Shown: positions 24,171 to 38,234 of the stretch, piece after piece
Position numbering within the stretch: position 1 is the first letter of the stretch
Layout: the number at the start of each line of letters is the position of its first letter
Source of the DNA: Tubiluchus corallicola
Taxonomy: Eukaryota; Animalia; Priapulida
Length of the DNA: 59,043 nucleotides
Direction of reading: 5' to 3'
NCBI GenBank assembly: GCA_030141605.1
Contig: JAQGDQ010000374.1
Location: 1 to 59,043, forward strand
Translations under genes and position numbers: made by a program
Notes under the pieces: generated by a model
The model's database searches: none
What the model was told of the DNA's origin: nothing
What the model saw: the letters and a program-made list of their open reading frames with translations, nothing else

Positions 24171-26551
24171 AATTCTAAATTCATGTGTAATGTGTAGAAG
24201 CATGACAGATATAATTTTCTTCTCCTTATTGTGAAAGACATTTCAGACATGAGTGCTGTGTATAACTACAAAAACATGCCAAGGAGCTGTGTGTGCTAAA
24301 AGAAGCTACACAAGGCATGTCTGGTTCTGTAAAAATGACTTGTAAGAAAACAAAGCGCATTTTACTGTGAATTCATAAGCAGCAACTCAGAAAAAAGATT
24401 GACAAGATTTAGTTCTGCCTTTGTTCTCAACATTCTAAGTACCTGTGCAGTGTGAAGAGACCCTTAGAAAGAATGCAGGTGGAAGGCCTATTACATCTCC
24501 TCACTGCAAATATGTTTCCACTACACGAGTGCTTCTCAGCAGGCTCAAGAAATATGTGATGCTTCTCCAAAAAGACGATTCTGATTCTCTAAGTGAATTA
24601 CCTAAACCCAGAGTTAGTCAGAGACAAAAATAAAATCAACACAAAAATAGATTTTGACCAGCTCTTTTCATTATTATCAGTGCTGGTGTCTTACAATTTG
24701 CACAAATTGCATAAACTGGTCCATATGTCTTTATTGTGAAAAAATGTTATGGTGGGCTCATTCTGTGAAATTTAAACACAAAATGTTTAGTAAAATAGTA
24801 AAAATACATTCAGAAGCATCATCAAGACGGCAGTTCTGTTTCCGTGAATTATAAAGCCTGTAGTACAACTTCTGCCACTAGTTATCATTGTTATTGTTAC
24901 TATAAATACACATGTATATTTCCCTCTAAATGTGGAGTAAAAGTTGACGAAATAGGTTTTTTGTGGTTAGAAAGAAATTGTATTGTCAATAATAGATTAT
25001 CTTCTTACTGCACAAGAAAAGTTTTTAAGCTGGGAGCTACTATGGTGTATTGTTAAAAGCATTTAGTATTTTGGTAGCAACACTCATTTACTTTGACATA
25101 ATCAGTAAATCGAAAACTTTGTGTCGTACTGCTGTAAAATTCATTAATCCAGGTTTAACGCTAAAGTCCAAAAATGGGAGTATGTAATTTACTACATATT
25201 ACAATAGTTATGTAGAAGCTGTTGTTTTAAATTCGCATATGGCTGCACGGCTCTCGCATTTTTGTTGCTTTGAGAAGTACAAAACAACCAACCAGTGAGT
25301 TAGATATAAACACACAATTATATGTACAGATCATATGTACAAGAATGAGCAACCCTGTGTAAGCATCATAAAGTACAATGCTGTGAAATTTAATATAACA
25401 ATGATGTATGTGTATCCTGTGCTGATACTGACATATCTCGCAAAACATTGTTTTTCTTTTCTTTTTTGAAGCAAAAAATGCAAGATAAATTTAATGTAGA
25501 TTTATATGCAGCAATAAATGTGCATTTTCCTTGCTTCTGTGTAATTTATTAAATAATTATATTATTAATTATCGTTTCCTTTTTTCGGGCTACCCTTGTT
25601 TTTCCAATGCGTTGTTCAATTTGTGTTTAGTTATTGCGGAATTAAAAAATAATACTAATCTTTGTACACTGGTTCATTTATTAATTGTAATATTTTTTAT
25701 TTTATTCTATTACAAAAACATCAAACAACAATACAATATAGCAAAATACATCATGATAACATGGTATACATAGTTGCATTAATTTCATAATGAAATGGAC
25801 ATGGCATGATATCTACATAAATAGTTGCTTGCATTATTGTCAGAAGCATTTCTTGTGTGACAATAATGCAATTAAGCGCTAGTGTTAGGATGCAAAAAAG
25901 GGAAGGTGAAAAATGGAGAGTGCCAGAGATGGGAATTAGTAAGATTAGGTTAGCGAAATGATGTGAATGAGAATGAATATGAGATTGCTATTAGCATGTT
26001 GCAAAAATATATACACATTAATAAGGATGTCCAATTCAAAGGAGAAACAAAATGTGCAAAAACAAAGGCAACTAACGGGAGAAAAAACAAAGAATCACAC
26101 AGATGGTGAAGTATGAAAATGAAACGCTAATCTACGTGGTACAGGGTATGTTCCTATAAAATCTGATACATATTTAAGATGTTTTTTAATCATAATAATA
26201 CTTTAGTTCGTTATGCCTATCAGTTTTACCAGGTTTATGCTCATTGTTATAGGTCATGGCAAATAGAATTCAATTGACAAGAAGCTCGTAAGTAACAGTG
26301 GAAAAGATTGAAAAATTCATCCCCGGTGTTTTACGGAAGTATTAAACGTCGAAGTGCTCGTCCCAAGCAATCAGGAAATCAAACATTTTGAAGCAACTAA
26401 CAGACATCGAATATGTCGTAACGATTTCCCATGTACATAATGCTGAACGTTGGGAGCGGAATAGGATATTAGCTCAAGTAGGACAATTGGCGTACATTGG
26501 TTGCCCAAGTACTAGAACACTAGAGACAGGTCACGAATTGAGTCGGTAACC

Positions 26552-26981
26552 CAGGGGTGTGCAAATTGCGGCTGTAATCCATTGCAAATTGACTGTATCC
26601 AGCTGATGTCCGTGCCACACGTCCCAAGGATAGTGCGGGTAGTTTTTTCTACTAGATCGGATGCCATTAACCCTTACAAGACAGTTGTCACTTAATAACA
26701 CTGTACTACACAGACTGTGTGATACGCATTACTAATATGCATTGTAATGAAATTTCCACTATCTGTCCTGAAAGTAGAAATATGTGGTTTGTAATATAAA
26801 TTTTAATAACTTGTAAAATAGTTTCTTGAGTGTAGTAGTAATGATGTACGCAGGTCGGATGCAAAAAAAATCGTTATTAGGTCCTACTGTACTTGGCTCT
26901 TTGACCAAACTGCATGTGGCCCACAGGAATTGCGGGAATGTTTAATGTGGCCCAGCTAGTCACTTAATTTGCACACCCGTG
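26552..26981. mobile_element. hAT (Charlie-like) MITE, older
   Basis: TIR caggggtgtgcaaatt / aatttgcacacccgtg; degenerate 8-bp TSD cggtaacc/cgttaaac; internal tgtggccc repeats. Confidence 0.7.
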
Positions 26982-27609
26982 CGTTAAACGTATTGGCAAC
27001 ATGTGTTGCCCTTGTTTATTTAATAATAATAATTTAAACATCAATACGCGTTGAATAATTTGTTATATATCTGATAAAATAAAAGGATCTTATTCTCAGC
27101 TAATAGAGTGTGGCCAGTAGAGTGGCCAATATTAAATTTAACTTCGAAATTAATATTTTTGAAGTAAAATAAGCCCGCTCTTTAGAAGATTCCAACATTT
27201 GCTTAAGGTATATATATTTTTATTTTGCCTCGCTTCACAGACAGTTGATCTGTCATCTTAGCCTGCATCATTGATTTACCAGTAAATCATCTTTTTAAGT
27301 AGTATCAATCCAACTGCTCCTATGACATTTATCTAATTATTGCACTTTAACTGAAAATGAAAGTCCCATTAACATTTGTAACAGACCTTTGTACGCTGAT
27401 ATTCTCTTGCTTGACTATTTTTTAACTTTCATTTATTTTCCAAGCAATGCAAATTAATTCTCAAAGTTTTATAGCTTCGTTCCATGCCTCTTCTACTGAA
27501 AAACCGCATAACCTGTTCAATTTTTGAGCCTCGAGATAATGTCTACAGGAAAATAGTTTTATGTGTGTACATCATAAACATGCATGTGCATTTTTTTAAA
27601 CTTGTGTAT

Positions 27610-27743
27610 GTGTGTTGTGTGTGTGTGTGTGCATGCATATATATGTATATGCACATACATATATAAGTTACCTATACACATATATGCGATACCTACACAC
27701 CTATATATATATATACATATATATACCTACGATACCTATATAC

Positions 27744-27804
<61 letters not shown>
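27610..27804. repeat. Compound (TG)/(TA)/(CA)n microsatellite at the LTR insertion site
   Basis: Directly visible; ends in a pure CA run of about 58 bp. Confidence 0.9.
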
Positions 27805-27807
<3 letters not shown>

Positions 27808-30800
27808 TTTATTCCCAAAGACACGAACACATATTTAGGTTGCTTGGAAATATTATTATGAGTAAATGTATGACATTACATAAGATACTTGCACAGTGGA
27901 AAGCAACGCAAGATGGCACATACAGTAATCATTTCTTCACAAGAAAACGCACTGCTGTTACTTACGCACGAGCAGCACTATTAACACAAAACCCGCACAT
28001 CTCCCCCTTAAGTCCTTAAGAACTAATTAAGGAATTCAAATTTCACCACACATTAATCTGGTAATACGCAACATGTATGTTATGTAACATAAATTCAAAA
28101 TGTCTCTTGAATGAATCTCGTTGGTGGACGTGTTGGTCGTCCTGATCTCGTGCGGTGAACTGGCGGGGCACAAATATCTGGCACGGGTGGAATGCGATCA
28201 TCTGGTAAATTATTTGATGGCGCAAGTATAGGTCGATCATGCATAGGTGGAGGCGGATCCTCTACGATGACTCCATTGTGTTCCGGAGGCAGGACGGGAT
28301 ACCTGCGGCGAATGAAAAGGCGATTACGCGTAAGTACTCGTCCACTGCAATCCATTTTGATGTAGTACTTTCTGTGTCTACCAATTTCAACAACAACACC
28401 TCTTAAGTCCCATCTCTTTGTCTGATGGTTTTGCACGAGTACGTGAGCACCAACATCTAAAGTACTGAGAGGCTTTGCATCACGGTTGTATCGCTCAACG
28501 AGTGACTCCTGCAGCTTGGTAGATTTGGCTTCTGCTTGCTGGAAGGAGCGCTGCCACTCTGGTGCGAAGGCACGTCGATGTGCCGGAAGCACATCTTGAA
28601 CATTGTGTCCAAACAATACTTGGGCAGGCGACTTCCCATTAGCAGCGGGTGTATTGCGGTATTGTAACATAGCTGCCGTCCATTTATCTTCATCGACATG
28701 ACGTGTTTTAGCATTCCAGCATCGCTTCAAAATCTTTTTTAAAGATTTCAAAGCTGCTTCAGCACGTCCGTTGGACTGAGGATAATGAGGAGTACTAGTA
28801 TGATGTCTCACCCCCCATCGAATGAGAAAGTCGCGAAATTTAGCAGCAGTAAATTGAGGTCCTCCATCAGTCCACAGAACAGTTGGGACAGCAGTCTGGC
28901 AAAATATCTTCCGCATTGCACTTATAACACGACTGGCATCTGCATGTGTACTAAGTTCATACACGAATGGCCACCCAGAAAGATGGTCAACAGCGATAAG
29001 AAAATCTTTACCAGCATAAGTGACGAGATCAGCGGATAAGTATTCAAAAGGAAATGTGGGTTTCAAATGAGTGACCATTGGTTCTTTGCAATGAGACGGT
29101 AATTCTTCTTGGCACTCACGGCATGAACGGACCACATTTTCCACATCATTGTCTATGTTGGGCCAGTAAACTACCATTCTGGCCCGTTGTTTAGTTCTTT
29201 CCTTTCCTTGGTGGCTAGCGTGAAGTTCATGTAGTATTGTGCGACGCATGGAGCGTGGTATGATTAAACGACAGCCTACCACGAGAAGTCCATCATCCAT
29301 GGCTATACGGTCATGAACTGGCCAATAAGGTCTTATTTGTAATGGTAGCTCAGAACGTTTTTCTGGAAATCCATTTAGTACGTATTGTATCAGATCTTGA
29401 TATTCTGGATCAGTAGCACATTCACGTTTGAGGTTTTCAATGCGAATATCTAAATTGCTTTCATCTGATGACAAACTACGAATAATGTGCAAAAATGAGT
29501 TCATTTCCAAGTCATTCTCATGATCGGTTTCATCAGGTGCCGAGACTGGCGAACGTGATAATGCATCTGCTGCCTTGTGCAATTCTCCTGCACACCAGGT
29601 AGTGCGGAAATTAAAGGGCATAATTTTAATTTTCATACGTTGCAGCCGTGGATTGTCAATCTCATCCAAACGGTGAGAATCCAGGATAGGTTTGAGTGGT
29701 TTATGGTCAACTACCAACTCGAACTTTTGAGCGCCTTCTAAAAACAGGCGGCACTTTGACATTGCCCAAACAGCAGCAAGCATCTCTAGTTCGATGGGTG
29801 CATAACGGCTTTCTGTGTCGGTCAAAAATCTTGATCCAGCCTGAATAACTCTCCAGGTTCGATCTGGATAATACTGCCTGAGTACATATCCTATACCATT
29901 GAGCTTGCTAGCATCTGTATGAAGCTGTAGCGGTTGACCTGGCATATAATAGCTTAATACTGGAGAATTTGACAACAGTTTTCTGCTTTCAGCAAAAGCT
30001 TTGTCATGAGATTTATCCCACAAAAAGTCATTCTTTTTGCTAAGAAGAGGTCGCAATGGTGCAAGAACATCAGCGATGCAGTTGGTGAATGATCCAAGTT
30101 GGTTGACTAAACCAAAAAATGAACGTAAGTCAGTTACGTTTTTGGGAATAGGAAAATCTCTAATAGACTTTGTCATGCTCGGATCTATTTCGTACCCATC
30201 TTTCGATAAGATGAAACCAGCAAACTTTACCTTTGTTTGACTGAATCGAAATTTCTCGCGGTTTATCGCGATTTGGCGGTCCTGACAGCGTTGTAGAAAT
30301 TGTTTGACGTGTTGGACATGCTCTGCTTGGTCCTTGTCGTAGATTACAAAATCGTCGACAACGCGCTTCTAGCCTTTTAGTCCTTGAAAAGCTTCATCCA
30401 TGCGACGATTATAATGCTCTGAGATAGAAGAAATGCCATATGGAGCACGTAAATATTTAAACCGACCGAACGGTGTAATAAATGTGGTCAGATGCTGGCT
30501 TTCTTCAGAGAGCGGGCATTGGTGATACCCTTTTAATGCGTCGATGACAGTGAAAAAGTTTGCATCTTGTGCAGAGATTTCTGTCACCACTTCGGCTGGT
30601 GTCTGGGAGCAGTAGCGCTCATGTTTCACATATTTATTTATATGTGATAAATCACAGCAGATACGAACAGACTCTTTATCTTCTTTTGGAGCGACTACAA
30701 TTGGTGCGCACCATTCAGTAGGCTCCGTTACTGGAGTAATAATGTTCTGTTCTTGCAAACGGTCAAGTTCACGCTTGAGTTTATCGCGGTAAGCAAATGG

Positions 30801-32519
30801 GATGCGGCGTGGCGCATTCACAGCGAATGGTTTGGCGTCGTCAGTTAGTGAGATGCGGAATTCTTCACCTGGCATTTTGCGTATGACGCCATCAAACACT
30901 GTCGGAAATTGCTCCATAAGATCCTCAGCTGTTGTTTTTGCCAATGCCGATTTTCGCGGTGCCGGAATCGGCGACTTCGGTGGCTGCAGACTGCGCATCA
31001 CATTAACAGATGTAGAATTTGCTAGCGGTGTAGGATAGTTTGCCGGTACCAAATTCAAGGCTTTTGTAGCTTTCCATGACAGTACTGCACCTGTCATTTG
31101 TGGTATAATGTGGAGTGAGTCCTCGAACCATTTATCTTCCAGCATAATTTTGCACGGGAGTGTGCCAACAACAGTAACATGGTGACCATCAACTGCCACT
31201 GGCTGATGCACTGGTTTGTCAATGTTGGCGGTATTTTCACCCAATGCATAAAGAAAGTCTAGACCACCAGCACAAACAGAAGCCCCAGTGTCAGGCAACA
31301 TGTTGTATAGAATGTTCCCATTCAATGATGTCACTTTAACTTTTACTGTTGGTGGATTTTCTTGCGCAGCCACCTGGAATAATCCAGTCAGTTGAATTAC
31401 ACTGAGCTGGCCTTCAGTTCTCCGAGGCTGAAATGAAGATTTTTTAGTTTTGCTGCGACAAACAGCTTGAAAATGATTAAGCTTACCGCAGTTAACACAT
31501 GTCTTGCCCTTTGCTGGGCAACGGTCACGTGATGCGTGCAAAGAACCACAGTTGCCACAAACCTTGGCACACTGCGAAGTGCTTGCAGTTTGTGCGCCTT
31601 GCTGTACAGATTTATAGCGTTTATACTGACTTTTAGGTCTTGCTGCAGTTTTATTAATCATTGGCACTGACTTAATTTGTTCACAGTGTTGTTTGGCTGC
31701 CTCATCAGCACGGCAAATTCTTACTGCGTGTTCCAGTGACAAGTTGTCTTGCGACAATAATTTGCGAATAGTACCTTCGTCACGAATGCCCACAACAATG
31801 CGATCACGGATCAAGGATGGTAGGCAAGTGTCACAAAATTCACAGGACTTTGCTAACTCGCAGATGTCAGTGATGAAATCGTCTACATTTTCACCTTCAC
31901 GTTGTACGCGTTGGTGAAAGTTACGCCGTTCAACCACAACATTGATTATACCACGAACATAGCGTTCTATTTCGTGTAATATGCGAGGTACATTTTGCTT
32001 TTCTGCATCAGGAAGTCCAAGGTTAAGGATAACCTTAAGCGTGTCATCACTGCAATTTACAATCAGGGCATTGTACTGCGTTCGATTTTGAGCTGTGCTT
32101 AGGCCCGACAATTCAAAATAAGAATCCCACTTGGTTCTCCATAAACGGAAATGTTCTCCCCTATGAATGCTGAGATCCAGCATATCAGGCCGTACGACAG
32201 ATGCTGTCCGAAAATCGAAAGTATGTACCACAGCTGGCGGAGCATTACCATCAGGTACGTTAACATTACCTTCCATGTCGAAGTAGTATCCCTTATTGAC
32301 TCCGTTTGTTAGCTCGCAGCGCCATGTTTTATTCCCAAAGACACGAACACATATTTAGGTTGCTTGGAAATATTATTATGAGTAAATGTATGACATTACA
32401 TAAGATACTTGCACAGTGGAAAGCAACGCAAGATGGCACATACAGTAATCATTTCTTCACAAGAAAACGCACTGCTGTTACTTACGCACGAGCAGCACTA
32501 TTAACACAAAACCCGCACA
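27805..32519 (-). mobile_element. Full-length Ty3/Gypsy LTR retrotransposon (Mag-clade-like)
   Basis: Identical 195-bp TG..CA LTRs at 27805-27999 and 32325-32519; PBS TGGCGCTGCGAGC (tRNA-Ser-like) abutting the 5' LTR; PPT TAAGGGGGAGA at 28000-28010; flanks acaca/acata. Confidence 0.97.
28095..32276 (-). pseudogene. Single gag-pol frame (two Gag Zn knuckles, protease DTGA, RT, RNase H, integrase) broken by one TAG at 30369-30371
   Basis: The two track ORFs are in the same frame; the gap translates *KRVVDDFVIYDKDQAEHVQHVKQFLQRC...KFAGFILSKDG; integrase has HHCC and D..D(TDGG)..E(NGRAE). Confidence 0.93.
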
Positions 32520-35500
32520 ACATATATAATTAATATAGGTAAATTAAGTATTTCTCATTACAAATATTAGTTATTTTCTAATCACCTCAATATTTTTAAC
32601 TCTGTAAAAGTTAGCTTTGTTTATTTAATATTATACAATAAGTAGCCTTCTCTCTTCACAAATATTACTGTTATTATCTTCTCCAGTTTTGCTTATAAGT
32701 CACCATGTCAAATCAAACCAAATTATTGGCTATTTCAGTATAAATTAATCCTAATTTTTTAATACTAATAATCATTGTCTTGGTACAATAATATAATAAT
32801 AATAGTTATATAATTTTTCTACAGGCCCCATGAACTAATTAAACAATCTAATATGTAAGGGGAGTGCGTAAATGACCACTTGGTCCTACACTCCCCTCAC
32901 ACAAACGAAATTTGATCAGTGATAATATTATTTTTGTGTCTGTTCTGTTTCATATGTGTGAAATAAAATATCATAGTTCATAGTCCATGTACGACATTAC
33001 TTTTCCACAATGCGCCTTAGAGGAAGTGTTTTACTTCGGCTAGTGCCGTACTTCGCGCCCTACATAGAAACTGTCTAAAATCCACAATTTCGCCACTATG
33101 AAATGAAAAACGTGAGAGAAATTTTTGAAAAGCTGTTTATCTATACCTGCTGATATTGATTATTTCTTTAAATTTTGAGCTTTTGTTATCCTAAATTTAC
33201 GGTGAGTCTTTACCACATGATTTTATTTTCTGGAGATTCTGACTGTGGAGAACCACTTGTAAAGCTCACTTTGATACCAAAAGGTTTAGATTCTGACTGA
33301 GATAAATTGAACTGAATTTTGTTAATACGTTGGTTACACAAAACTTTAACAAGGCTGAGCCTTTCATCATATTTTCATTTTATCACTTGAGCAGATGATG
33401 TCCAATTAAGACACAAGAACTTTATTTCACACATAATACTTGGAACGTAGATGTTGCTTGCTCATGTTAGATCTACTGTTCAGTCAGGTATTTAACCGGA
33501 CTGATGAAATTGAAATTAAATATTCTGGGAAAAGGGAATGACCATACAGTCTTTTACTCCCCCCCTTTTGATCAAACCAAATGCCTAATTTTAGCTAAAA
33601 TATTTTACAATAACTTACAGTGTTATTTTTTAAAGTCTAAACTGCGCTTTATTAAAACTTAGAATTATGTAAGCTTATATATGTATTGATAATAATTATA
33701 TAATAGCTTGATATTTCAAGGATATTATAAGCTATTGTATTTCAAAGAAAAATATTTATGTACCTGCAAATTGAAAGTGCAAAAAGAATTAAATACATGC
33801 TTCCTAGACTGTCTTCCTGGACCTGGACACTGTACAATTTTATAGATTTGATAACTATTGCCTTTTCATTGTTTCCGTAGTTTGTAAAATTTTATATCTT
33901 GAATATTTTTATTAGTACCTTACTGTATTTATAATACTGTGTTTCAAATAAATGTAGCTGTGAAAATATAAACGTTAACTGTAAAAATAAGTTGCAAAAC
34001 ACGGAAATGTGAGTGTCAAAACATATGAAGCCTAATAATTGGACATTTTTGCTAGAACAGCTTTTAGTCAGAAGTGTTACCCAGCCTTTGGTTAACAACG
34101 TGGAGTCTAGCAAACATCCCACAATACATTTTTGGTGCCGAATTAGCTTACTTTACCCGGGTGTATAATTATGGCTCTAAAAAGTTAGAATGCTGCATAC
34201 CAAATCATGTTTATTTGCACCAAGAAGTTGATTTTTAAAAGTATTTTATGAACTCTTTAGCACTTTTGTTCTGGTGAAGCCATTGTTAGTAAAATGAAGT
34301 GTAAGTTAATATACGATTGTGTTTAGTTTGTACATTGTTACGCCTCAGTAGATGTATACATAAGGCATATCATTCAGGCCCACTGGGATTTTGAACTCTG
34401 GTATAAGACAAGAGAAAACCAGAGATAAAAAGATCTACATGGTAAAGTGCTCGTATGTATTGAAAACTGTAGGTTTGATTGATCAAGTACATGAAAGATG
34501 AATAGCTAAGGAGAGTGGAAAGGTCAAAAACCTTTTGTATGACTTTACAATTTGCACATACCATGTTACACATTAGCTGAATACAGTCAAATAACCACTG
34601 CCAAGAAGCAATGTAAGCCCAAATAGCAGTCCACCTAGTAGGATTCATCTTATCAACTACCTGGCTTAGAAATGTTTGCCGTTACAGAATATTTTTCTTT
34701 GTACTACATGATAAGACATGGCTGTCTGCGCTTATATAGGTCAGCAAGAACAGAATCGAAAACGTGAGTTGTACTTCTGGGGCTTGGGGCCCCATCATCT
34801 GTAGGAACACGCTTAAGTTTCAAGCATCATCGATTACAGCTGTGTGTGTATGGGGGGGGGGGGGGGGTCCAGTCACTTCGTAAAGGTAAGAAAGATATAT
34901 TAGGCCGGTTAATACCACATTTGTGAAGCCTCATATATTTAAAGGGTGCTATCACCAACAATCACTCGATCACAAATTATTTTTTCTTAACTAATTAAGT
35001 TGTGCCATACATAGTTTAGACCTACGTAGTTGAGTTTGCACTTACAGGGCAAACCCGTTATACTATCAAACTTGTTTACACCCTGCAAAATGACCAGGAA
35101 CAAAATGGCTGTATTCAACTGTATATGAAAATAACCCGTTACCTGCCATCAGCCAGGCAAATTAATACATGTTCAATGGGGTAATATCGGCAACAGCTTG
35201 ATATAATATCAGCCGTATGAGGTGCTTTAAGCTTCGCTGAGTCGACGACACTCAAAAGAAGGCACGTGTCGTGCAAAATGATGCATGTTAACGTGTTTTC
35301 ATTGTTTTTAAGCAAGCTGTATTGTGCATCGTACAATCACAATAGTAAATGAATGATAGCTCTGATATTATTGTCAATGCACCATGCAGTCATAATAGCA
35401 ACTAACAAGAAAACACGTGGTTATTTTCAGCCACAAGAGGCATGATATTTGCTTGTTTGTTAAGAATCATCCGAGCAAACCCCAGCAAGAAACTTGTAGT

Positions 35501-35889
35501 TATGACTTAACCTTTTGGCATATACGTGTTTAGTGACATATAACAGCCTACAGTCTATTACATAGTTGAGCACAAGACAGGTTTATTATGTAAGCAAATG
35601 TTCTCGATAAAAATGATTGATTTTGAGTGAATCACTAATTTGGAAACGATTGATTTAATAGTTTTCTTTTAAGTAATTAACCTTTGGAGTGAAAATTGAG
35701 GAAACTGTAATTTGTGTACATTTGTCCGACTGTTGTGATTCGTCTCTGGCAAAATTTAACACACCTCGTTGTAACGTCAAACTCGCTAAAACTCCAGCTT
35801 TTTTCCTGTCCCAAAGTGAGCGATATAAAGAAGTTTCACTGTATATTATATAGGTTTTGCTGCTTGCTTATGTAGTATGCACATAAATG

Positions 35890-36770
35890 CAGGGTTACCA
35901 TACGTCCGGGCGGGTTTTCAAAAATCCAGCAGTTTGTCCGGGTTTTGCCTCAATCCGTAAGTACAGATGTTGCCAACTGCAGAGGCGTACGACAGTATGA
36001 GACAAAGAAAAGCTCGTTAATTTTCAATACAAGATGTTGCTAACATCTCAAAATGCAACCCTTGTAAAAGCTTTGTGTACATATTTACTGAACAAAAGTA
36101 AGCGAAGCGAACATCACTATGGGTCACACGACTCACACCGCTGTCGATACTCGGCGTATTCGCTAACGACTTAAAATTGTAAAGATGACGACTTCAACAA
36201 GTTATTGGCTCATGAGAGATGGGTGAAGTACTTCAGCAGTTGCAAGAACGAGGAATGCTTCTCGGAACTTCTTGTCATCGTAAAAATTTTTCTTTGAGAA
36301 CCGTCACACAACGCTAACACTGAACGAGTGTTTTCACTTGTGCAAAGCCAGTGGACAAAGGAAAGAAACAAGTTGCATGTTGAATCCATGAAAGGAATTT
36401 TCTTTGTTCAGCATAATTTCAAACATCTGTCATGCAAAGACTTTTATGCATCTCTGTGCAGATGACCGAAATTGTTGAAAGCAATTCGGTCTTCGGAAAA
36501 GTATTCTTGGTCTCAGCCTCGGGCTCAGCCAAATTCAAGCGTAACTGTTTCTGAGAGCCAAGAAGAAGCAGGCGACTGGCAGTTGCAGTGTGTTAATGTT
36601 TTTTGCAGTATAGCCATTTGGTATTGCTATTAGAATACATGTAGGCCTATTTGTATAATTTGCATTTTATTTTGCAGTGTTTTAGTAGACCCTAGACTGG
36701 TCATTTTTGGCTACTTACAACTATGCGAAAAAGTGTCTTCTTTTTCAACTCAGACAATATGGTAACCCTA
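35890..36770 (+). mobile_element. hAT transposon internal-deletion derivative
   Basis: TIR cagggttaccata / tatggtaacccta; perfect 8-bp TSD cataaatg; remnant of the hAT dimerisation domain at ~36301-36425 (PSHNANTERVFSLVQSQWTKERNKL). Confidence 0.9.
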
Positions 36771-38234
36771 CATAAATGTATATTAGACATCGATACAAGC
36801 CTGCATGCAGTGTATAGAAGTCTTTTAAAAGTAATTGTCCCAACACTGGTCTTCATTTAGTGAATATCTTAAAATGTTTATTAAGTCAGAGCTTAATTAT
36901 TTTAGGAATTGCCCATGAGTTATGGTATGCTTTTAATTGAACTTTCATGAAACTAGAGAAACTTAATTATCTATATTTTATTGTACTAGTACTAGCTAGA
37001 ACAGTGTTCGATTTCATATATGGAAGTATGATGAATGTATCTGATAAACATATTTCTAGTCTTTATGTTCTGTCATTCTTTCATCATATTTTTTATCAAA
37101 ATTAAAGCTCATTTTAAAGTTTAAGAAAAATGCTAGAAAGTTTCAGCAATAAAATTGTGATAAACACCTCATGTAATTAGTAAAATCAATTGAAATTCCT
37201 GGTCATTTCATGTTTGGGCACGCACATTTTGAACGATAAATGACACCATCTAGTTACTGTGCACTATGAACACTTGACCTACTGGACCTTTGAGCAAACC
37301 TTTTGCAACTACTCTGAACAATAGACAATCCAAAACATTAAACAAGAGATTATTAATACTATTTTTTGCTTTTTGATGAATCCTGTTGCCTACCATCATG
37401 TAATGAAAGTCGGCTACTGACTGCAAAATAATGACCTCCAACTCGGTTAGTTAACCACAACATAGTAACAGAACAATTATTTTAACAAGCTAAAAGTGAA
37501 GCCTGCTCGGCACTCGCAGAATTCCATGCTTGTCTGTAATTATATCTTGTGTAGTACTTACGTATTTTGAGGTAAATCTTATGGGCTGAAGCTATGTAAG
37601 TACTTTAAAGGTGCTGGCAGTTGATCCGGTGAGTAATTTTTGCGAAAACGCAGTTAAACACAAAGATCTAATTAGCTAGAATACCAGAATTTCTGAGTGA
37701 ATTGCAAAAGTTTTATGACACGTGCCTTCAATCGTGCTGTTCACCAGTATACATCATTTTTTTCAAAAGTGCCCGCATCGAGGTTCGTTTGGTAAGAGAT
37801 AAGAAGGATTTAAATTCCTTTTGCATTTTAAGCAAGACATTTTATGCGCATGCTTTATGTGGTAATTTCACTATTTCTAAGTGTATATTAAAATACAGTC
37901 AATGCAGGTCTAAGGTTGGTTTTTCCTTTAAATGAAAGAATGCCATTCGTAAAATTTATGTCTTCTGCACTGTGAGCAGTTTTGGTGATGTGATTGGAGT
38001 GACCTGTTTCTGTAAATACATTGTGTTAACTGTGTTAACGAGTGTTAACTGATATTGTTAATCTGTGATAACTTTCTAAACCAAGAGATTTCAGCAAGAG
38101 TTTCTTTTGAAACGAATGCCTCTGATAGGCAGTAGACTGAGTATACGGAAAGCATTTGTCCTGAGTCTAGGCATATTTGTTTCTTGCAGATACGAACCAC
38201 TTTATATATGATCTGATGCTTCTTTCCCATCGAG

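Noticed and set aside
26253-26293. Small exon-like segment ttatag|gtcATG GCA AAT AGA ATT CAA TTG ACA AGA AGC TC|gtaagt (MANRIQLTRS)
   Set aside because: Good splice sites, but its phase does not fit any ZF acceptor and no downstream coding exon was found
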